DNA of 64,000 nucleotides. Origin: Candidatus Obscuribacterales bacterium (GTDB taxonomy: Bacteria > Cyanobacteriota > Vampirovibrionia > Obscuribacterales > Obscuribacteraceae). The stretch lies in contig CBDDIJ010000002.1 in assembly GCA_965228855.1 (NCBI GenBank), positions 1,312,001 through 1,376,000 of the forward strand. Reading direction: 5' to 3'. Position numbers and translations under genes: made by a program. Below are positions 58,140 through 64,000 of the stretch, piece after piece; positions within the stretch are counted from its first letter, which is position 1; every line of letters starts with the position of its first letter. Under the pieces are notes generated by a model, which ran no database searches, was not told where the DNA came from, and saw only the letters and a list, made by a program, of their open reading frames with translations.

Positions 58140-58195
58140 TGCTGTGGATTGCCGTTTCAGAGAGTTGCTGCTTTGCTTGTTTCGCTCGCGAATAA

Positions 58196-59653
58196 CTAGA
58201 ACTGGAAGTATATAAACGGTTTGGAATCGTCCGGTGTGAATGTGATGATTGCAAACAGAAGAGCCGTGCAGAATACGGCTTTGACAGGAGCAGGGAGCTT
58301 CTTGAAGTATTGCTTGGTGTTCAGGTAACTCACCGGCAAGTTTTGAATCAACAGCAAGGCTACCATCGCCATCACCACGGGCACTACCACAGGCATGTTC
58401 TCCTTAAGAACGAAGAACTGACCCTGCTCTGCCGCAGCGTAGATTGGTTTGAAAAACACCATGCGTTTTACAATCGAAAATGCGGTGCCGATGTTTTCGA
58501 CACGGAAGAAAACCCAACCGACGCAGACTACGTGGAAGGTCAAGAGAAGCGACATTACGTGAAATACTTTCGTCTGCGCAAACGATTTAAGCCATTCGAC
58601 TTTGTCACGGATAAATGTGAATTCGCGGTGAATGATCAGGGCTAGACCGTGATATACGCCCCAGACGACGAAGCTCCAGCTTGCTCCATGCCACAAACCG
58701 CCAAGTGCCATTGTCAAAAATAGGTTGCGATTTGTCATCCAGCGACCGCCGCGTGAGCCGCCCAGCGGAATGAAAAGGTAGTCTCTGAGCCAGGTTGAAA
58801 GCGAGATGTGCCAGCGATGCCAGAAGTCGGAAATATTGCTGGCGATGTACGGCATGTTGAAGTTGATCGGGATTTTGTAGCCGAACAGCATCGCCGAGCC
58901 TCGTGCGATGTCGGTATAGCCGGAGAAATCGAAGTAAATCTGAAATGCGAATGCATAGGCGAAAAGCCAGAGTTCCGGCGCGCCGTAAGAAGACGGTTCT
59001 TGCAGACCCATTTGCACGAGGACCGCCAGGTTGTCGGCGAAAAGGACTTTCTTTGCGAGACCAATCAGGATAAGAGGAAGACCGTCATCGAACATCTTTA
59101 GAGTTGGATGCTTCTCTCGATGCGAGAGCATTTGCGCCACGAAGTCCGGATAACGTTTGATCGGACCGGCTATTTGAGTTGGGAAGAAGGCTGCGAAGAG
59201 TGAGAACAAAACGAAGTTATCGACCGGTTTATTGCCACGGTAAACTTCGAATAGATAGTGGATGAATTCGAATGTGAAGAACGAAATCGCCAGGGGCAAG
59301 ATGATATTCACGTGCCAGTCCGGCGTCTGATGTGTAACCAGACCGACTACCGAAGCTGCGCTGGTAACGAACAGGGTTGCGTATTTGAAGACGCCGAGGC
59401 AGAGCAGGTTGGCGGTGATGCCGATGCCGAAGATAAGTTTGCGGTGGCTCTGAGCGTTGTGGAGAATGTTGCCCAGCATGTAGTTAGCGGCTGTCATGCC
59501 GACGATGAGCAGAATGAATGCTGGGTTCCAGCACATGTAGAAGAACCAGCTCGCCGCGAGCAGCATGGGCAAGCGGAACTTCAGCGGCAGCACCCAGAAG
59601 AGCGTGACCACCACCGGTAAAAACAGCAGGTAATCGAGGCTAGTGAAAAGCAT
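58196..59653 (-). CDS. MBOAT family O-acyltransferase (AlgI/DltB-like)
   Basis: LPLAISFFTF, AGPIKR, QIYFDFSGYTDIA, FWHRWHISLSTWLRDYLFIPLGG, GLWHGA, FIYFQF. Confidence 0.95.
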   Translation of the reverse strand: MLFTSLDYLLFLPVVVTLFWVLPLKFRLPMLLAASWFFYMCWNPAFILLIVGMTAANYMLGNILHNAQSHRKLIFGIGITANLLCLGVFKYATLFVTSAASVVGLVTHQTPDWHVNIILPLAISFFTFEFIHYLFEVYRGNKPVDNFVLFSLFAAFFPTQIAGPIKRYPDFVAQMLSHREKHPTLKMFDDGLPLILIGLAKKVLFADNLAVLVQMGLQEPSSYGAPELWLFAYAFAFQIYFDFSGYTDIARGSAMLFGYKIPINFNMPYIASNISDFWHRWHISLSTWLRDYLFIPLGGSRGGRWMTNRNLFLTMALGGLWHGASWSFVVWGVYHGLALIIHREFTFIRDKVEWLKSFAQTKVFHVMSLLLTFHVVCVGWVFFRVENIGTAFSIVKRMVFFKPIYAAAEQGQFFVLKENMPVVVPVVMAMVALLLIQNLPVSYLNTKQYFKKLPAPVKAVFCTALLFAIITFTPDDSKPFIYFQF

Positions 59654-59850
59654 AGCGGTTCCGGCTAATCAACCTATACGGAGGTCCGATGGTAGCATGA
59701 AACCTCTTGTCATTCCGGTCAGTTATCTAAGGTAGGCGAGTTTAAAACTATTTAGCCATCTATTGACTACCCGGCGATAGGCATGGGTTCGCTGGTTTGA
59801 AGAATGTGCCGAAGAATGATCTCGGTTTAATTCCGGGGTTGGATGAATCT

Positions 59851-60417
59851 TTATTGCTTACTAGTTTTCGCTAGATTCAAGCGGGAAATCGCGTAGCTGT
59901 TAATCGCGAGCACGCTAAGCGCATCCGTAATTTCACCAGCTGCCACCATCTGCAGTGCTTCATTAAAGTGAACGCGTTTGGTTGCCAGCTCTTCAGTGCC
60001 ATCCGGTTGTGCAACGCCTTGCGTCAAGCCGGTTGCGAGAAACCAGAATGCTTCTTCGTTCGATACTGAGTTAGATAAGTGCGCGGTTCCGAGAAGCTCC
60101 CAGGTCGAGGCGGATAAACCGGTCTCTTCCAGCAATTCTCTCTGTGCGGCCTCCAGTGGCTCCTCTCCTTCCGGGCATCCGCCTTCTGGAATCTCCCATG
60201 AATAGAGGTCCAGCGGGTATCTGTATTGACCGACCAGGTAAATGAAGCCCTCGTCGTCAATTGGCAAAACGCCGATCGCTTTGTTCTTGTAATGAACGAT
60301 GCCGTAAATCCCTGGACTTCCATCGGGTCGAATGACATTGTCTTCGCGCACTCTGATCCAGGGATTCTCGTAAACAACGCTCTTATCTACTGTGGTCCAG
60401 GGGTTTGCAACTTTCAT
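59851..60417 (-). CDS. NUDIX hydrolase (ADP-ribose pyrophosphatase-like)
   Basis: QYRYP and Nudix box GGCPEGEEPLEAAQRELLEETGL; start MKVANPW. Confidence 0.92.
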   Translation of the reverse strand: MKVANPWTTVDKSVVYENPWIRVREDNVIRPDGSPGIYGIVHYKNKAIGVLPIDDEGFIYLVGQYRYPLDLYSWEIPEGGCPEGEEPLEAAQRELLEETGLSASTWELLGTAHLSNSVSNEEAFWFLATGLTQGVAQPDGTEELATKRVHFNEALQMVAAGEITDALSVLAINSYAISRLNLAKTSKQ

Positions 60418-60553
60418 GAGAACTTCGGCCGGTAAGGAAAGGGCGATTTTATCAGTCTGACCTTCCGATAGTAATGACCGCCGGCTCATGTCCGCGAAAC
60501 ACTGCCTGCAAAAGGGCATAGCAGTATTTAGTCTTCTGCTATGTTGAATCGAT

Positions 60554-61858
60554 ATGATTCCCAGTCTGCTTCTGGCCGCATTACTAATTTCAGTCAACGC
60601 ATTCTATGTGGCGGCTGAGTTCGCCACAGTAGCAGCAAGGCGTGCGCAGATCCGGAGACTTGCCCATGATGGAAATGCTGCAGCAGTTCGATTGCTCGAG
60701 ATAATCGAAAAGCCGCGCGAGCTTGACCAGTACATAGCGACCTGTCAGATAGGCATCACCTTCTCCAGTCTCGTCAACGGCGCATATACTGAAGCTAATC
60801 TGGCGCCGATTATTTCGGCTATTTTGATTGATGTTTTTAATCTCGAACCGGCGCCCGCTCTTTCAATTGCAGCTTTTTTCATACTTACGGGGCTCACACT
60901 CACGCAAATTCTCTTTGGTGAGTTGTTCCCTAAAGCCGTTGCACTCACTTATTCTGATCGAATTGCGCTCGCGATGTACTGGCCGTTGACCATATCATCT
61001 AGAATTTTTAAACCGTTTATCTGGTTGCTGAACGGCAGTGGGACTGGATTGCTGGCGTTGTTCGGTGTTCCCGCTTCATCACATAAGCATATTCATTCGC
61101 TCGATGAAATCGAGTTGCTGCTTGCCGACAGTAAGGATGGTGGCTTGCTGGAGCCGGAGGAGCATGAGCGTTTGCATCACGCCATCGAGTTGAGTCAGGA
61201 AACTGCCCGGCAGATTATGACACCGCGGACGAAGCTCACCGCGATGAGCATTCGTGGGGGACTCGAGCAGTGTTATACCCTCGCTCTGGAAAGTCCGTTC
61301 ACTCGTGTTCTGATTTATGGAGAAACCATCGATGACGTTCTCGGTATCGTCAACGTCAAAGATGTTGTATTAGCGCGTATAAACAACAAGGCGGCGGATG
61401 GCATAGAACCGTTAATTCGTCCGATTCCAATCGTGCCGGAAAACTTGAGTATGGACCGGCTTATGAAGGAACTCAAGGACCATCACTCGCGTTGTGCGGT
61501 TGTGATGGATGAGCATGGTGGCACTCTCGGTCTGGTTACGGTTGGCGATATACTCGGCGAACTCATGGAAGAGACTGCGGTAGACGAATTCAAGCGCGAC
61601 ATCAAGGTGGAATTTCTCGAAGATGACAGCGTGTGCTTGTCCGGTGCTTATAAGCTCAAGCGTGCCGGCAAGTTTCTCGGTGAAGTCCCTGATACCGATG
61701 CTGATACCATAAACGGGTTGGTGATTGAAACATTGGGGCGCGTTCCCTCACCTGGCGAAATCGTTGAGCTGAAAGATGTGACCCTCGAAATCGAGGACGT
61801 TGAGCATAATGCCGTAACTTACCTGATAGTGCGCAGGAAGGAGGGCGGCGGTGTTTGA
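60554..61858 (+). CDS. HlyC/CorC (CNNM/DUF21-CBS-CorC) family transporter
   Basis: NAFYVAAEFA, CQIGIT, GELFPK, IMTPR, VMDEHGGTLG. Confidence 0.93.
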   Translation: MIPSLLLAALLISVNAFYVAAEFATVAARRAQIRRLAHDGNAAAVRLLEIIEKPRELDQYIATCQIGITFSSLVNGAYTEANLAPIISAILIDVFNLEPAPALSIAAFFILTGLTLTQILFGELFPKAVALTYSDRIALAMYWPLTISSRIFKPFIWLLNGSGTGLLALFGVPASSHKHIHSLDEIELLLADSKDGGLLEPEEHERLHHAIELSQETARQIMTPRTKLTAMSIRGGLEQCYTLALESPFTRVLIYGETIDDVLGIVNVKDVVLARINNKAADGIEPLIRPIPIVPENLSMDRLMKELKDHHSRCAVVMDEHGGTLGLVTVGDILGELMEETAVDEFKRDIKVEFLEDDSVCLSGAYKLKRAGKFLGEVPDTDADTINGLVIETLGRVPSPGEIVELKDVTLEIEDVEHNAVTYLIVRRKEGGGV

Positions 61859-63161
61859 AATTGCTATAATTCTGATTCTGATTGTTTTCAACGCTATGTT
61901 TGTTGCGTCGGAGTTCGCCATCGTCTCTGCCCCGAAAGTTGCAATCGAAGGGAGAGCAGCTGCCGGTTCTAAGCGGGCAAAGCGGGTTCTCGATGTTCTT
62001 AAAACTCCTGCGCTCCAGGATAGATACATCGCGACGGCCCAGGTTGGTATCACAATCGCCAGTCTCGGTTTAGGTATGTACGGTGAGCAAGTTCTGGCGC
62101 ACTGGCTGGAGTCGTTGCTCGAGCATAGCACGCTTATCCAGGTTGCTTCGATTCACGGTATCGCGAGCATGACCGCTCTTCTTGTCCTCACCTATTTCCA
62201 CATTGTTCTTGGCGAAATGGTGCCGAAATCCCTGGCTCTGCAAAGATCGCAGTTGTTTCTAACATGGCTCGTGGTGCCGATGTCGTTTTTTACGAAGCTG
62301 TTTTGGCCGATAATATGGCTGTTAAACAGTTTCAGCAATTTGCTGTTGAGAAAACTGCTGGGAATCGACCGAGCCAAATCCAGCTTTGCCGCATTTACTC
62401 CTGAGGAAATCGAATTTATCGTTCAAGAGAGTGAAACCGAAGGCATCCTCAGTGACGAGATGGGCACGGTGATAAAGGAGTTGTTCGATTTCGGTGAACG
62501 CATAGCCGAAGACATCATGGTTCCTCGTGTTCACATGGTGGCATTGCCGATGCGCACTACTGGCATTGAGGTGCGCAAGGTGTTGAACACGTCGTTGCAT
62601 ACCAGGTATCCGGTTTTTCAGGGCGACAAGGATAACATTGTCGGCTCGGTCCATATCAAAGACCTGGGTTCGATAGTGGATGCGGATGGAATGGTTTCCC
62701 TGCCACTACGGCCGGTGCCATACCTTCCAGGCTCGGCCCCGATTCAGGCGGTACTCGACTCGATGAAGGAGTTCAGTACCCATATCGCCATCGTGCTGGA
62801 TGAATATGGCGGTACGGCCGGCTTCATCACCATTCAGGATGTGTTCGAGGAAGTGCTGGGAGATTATGAAACTGAGAATGCGCATCAAATCGAAAAGATG
62901 ATTGATGGTTCGTTGCGTGCGGCAGGCACGGTTCGGCTCGACGAAATCGCGGAGCTCTTCGAAATAGATCTGGAGCACGAGGAAGTCACAACCGTGAGTG
63001 GTCTCGTGCTCGATCAGTTGTCGCGACCCCCGCGAGTCGGCGATCAGATAAGGTATGAATCGGTTTCAATCACAGTCGTGCGTGTTCTTGGGCGGGGTGT
63101 GCACACCTGTACCATTAAGAAGGTTGAGAAGCCTGAAACCGCCGCAGCAGAAGAAGATTGA
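61851..63161 (+). CDS. HlyC/CorC (CNNM/DUF21-CBS-CorC) family transporter, second copy
   Basis: NAMFVASEFA, AQVGIT, GEMVPK, HTRYPV, VLDEYGGTAG; 8-nt overlap with the first copy. Confidence 0.93.
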   Translation: MFEIAIILILIVFNAMFVASEFAIVSAPKVAIEGRAAAGSKRAKRVLDVLKTPALQDRYIATAQVGITIASLGLGMYGEQVLAHWLESLLEHSTLIQVASIHGIASMTALLVLTYFHIVLGEMVPKSLALQRSQLFLTWLVVPMSFFTKLFWPIIWLLNSFSNLLLRKLLGIDRAKSSFAAFTPEEIEFIVQESETEGILSDEMGTVIKELFDFGERIAEDIMVPRVHMVALPMRTTGIEVRKVLNTSLHTRYPVFQGDKDNIVGSVHIKDLGSIVDADGMVSLPLRPVPYLPGSAPIQAVLDSMKEFSTHIAIVLDEYGGTAGFITIQDVFEEVLGDYETENAHQIEKMIDGSLRAAGTVRLDEIAELFEIDLEHEEVTTVSGLVLDQLSRPPRVGDQIRYESVSITVVRVLGRGVHTCTIKKVEKPETAAAEED

Positions 63162-63220
63162 ACGTTTGTTGATGTCAAGGATTGCCTGGTGGGCGTGCAC
63201 CTGTCAACATATTTGCGTTC

Positions 63221-63245
63221 AAAGTTGACTAAGTTAGTCGACTTT
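63221..63245. promoter_or_regulatory. Rrf2/IscR type-1-like operator
   Basis: AAAGTTGACTA-AGT-TAGTCGACTTT dyad, close to the IscR type 1 consensus ATASYYGACTRwwwYAGTCRRSTAT, 48 bp upstream of the Rrf2 gene. Confidence 0.75.
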
Positions 63246-63293
63246 ATCTAAAACTCACATTGAACAGGTACAGGAGTGGTTCACCACTAAGTC

Positions 63294-63704
63294 ATGAAGG
63301 TTTCCCGGCGGGGTGAGTACGCGATAAAAGCCTTAATGTATCTGGGCGCTAAAGACGCCCCTTCTGGTGCGACCACATCGGAGATAGCTAAACATGCTCA
63401 AATTCCGGAACCATTTCTCAACCAGATTCTGCTTGTCCTCAAGAACGGCGGGTTGTTGCGGAGTCGTCGAGGAGCGAATGGGGGCTATGTGCTCAACAAG
63501 CCCAAGGGAGAAATCACTATCGGTGAAATCTCCAGGCTTATGGACGGACCGCTTGCGCCGATTCCGTGCGCATCGGTGACGGCTTACGAGCCCTGTCCGA
63601 GCTGCCCGGAGCCTGAGAGTTGTCGTCTAAGTCTGTTGATGAGAAAGGTGCGCGATTCAATTTCCGATATTCTCGATAACACGACATTAGAAGAGTTGGT
63701 TTAA
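63294..63704 (+). CDS. Rrf2 family transcriptional regulator with 4 Cys
   Basis: EYAIKAL, FLNQILLVLK, SRRGANGGY, C-x8-C-x2-C-x5-C. Confidence 0.95.
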   Translation: MKVSRRGEYAIKALMYLGAKDAPSGATTSEIAKHAQIPEPFLNQILLVLKNGGLLRSRRGANGGYVLNKPKGEITIGEISRLMDGPLAPIPCASVTAYEPCPSCPEPESCRLSLLMRKVRDSISDILDNTTLEELV

Positions 63705-63720
63705 GGAGTTCCTTGTTTTT

Positions 63721-64000
63721 ATGTTCGAGATATTTGCAGACCCGAATCTGTGGTTCTTTGCGATTGCCGGATTTATCGCGCAACTGATAGACGGCACGCT
63801 CGGAATGGCCTACGGCGTGAGCTGCACAACTCTGCTGCTGTTTCTCGGCATTGCGCCGGCGACTGCAAGTGCGAGCGTTCACACGGCAGAGCTTTTCACG
63901 ACTGCCGCGTCTGCGTTTTTTCATTTCAAGGAAAAGAATATTGATTTTTCGTTCCTGAGAAGGCTTGTAATTCCTGGTGTCGCGGGTGGTATCTTTGGTG
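63721..64000 (+). CDS. TauE/SafE (TSUP) sulfite-exporter family protein, truncated by the window end
   Basis: Not in the ORF track; manual translation MFEIFADPNLWFFAIAGFIAQLIDGTLGMAYGVSCTTLLL...ASASVHTAELFTT; AAGGAG RBS. Confidence 0.88.
   Translation, partial: MFEIFADPNLWFFAIAGFIAQLIDGTLGMAYGVSCTTLLLFLGIAPATASASVHTAELFTTAASAFFHFKEKNIDFSFLRRLVIPGVAGGIFG

Noticed and set aside
1..64000. tRNA, rRNA, tmRNA, prophage, IS elements, recognised defence systems
   Set aside because: No signature sequences or hallmark proteins were seen by eye; a covariance-model scan would be needed to exclude RNA genes fully

Overview
Gene-dense bacterial chromosome segment from a diderm organism (TolC, a probable beta-barrel, lipoproteins). 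The many secreted hypothetical, TPR, LRR and Tad-type proteins suggest non-photosynthetic Cyanobacteriota (Melainabacteria/Vampirovibrionia, e.g. Obscuribacterales); this taxonomy is inference only. The left part is housekeeping: cysS-gltX, rlpA, yebC, a TPR gene followed by murD-ftsW-murG, and a TolC/MFP/MacB-type ABC exporter operon. From about 32 to 51.5 kb lies a large surface-glycan locus centred on sulfation: four sulfotransferase-family genes, cysD and cysNC for PAPS supply, a methyltransferase, a WbsX/GH99-like protein, a GT2, Wzm/Wzt and a DUF4915-like propeller, interrupted by amt, a probable deleted nucleotidyltransferase-type gene and secreted proteins. The right end holds a HEAT-like repeat protein, a GT-C glycosyltransferase, an MBOAT + SGNH-like acylation pair, a NUDIX hydrolase, tandem CNNM/HlyC genes, and an Rrf2 regulator with an IscR-type box upstream of a TauE/SafE gene truncated by the window. 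I saw no rRNA, tRNA, CRISPR array, transposase or integrase. Most notable unexplained items: the sulfated-glycan system, a double zinc-finger gene with twin palindromic operators, candidate structured RNAs around rlpA, a polyacidic Cys/His-repeat protein and a secreted NPGID-repeat protein. All family calls are from motif recognition by eye, not database searches.
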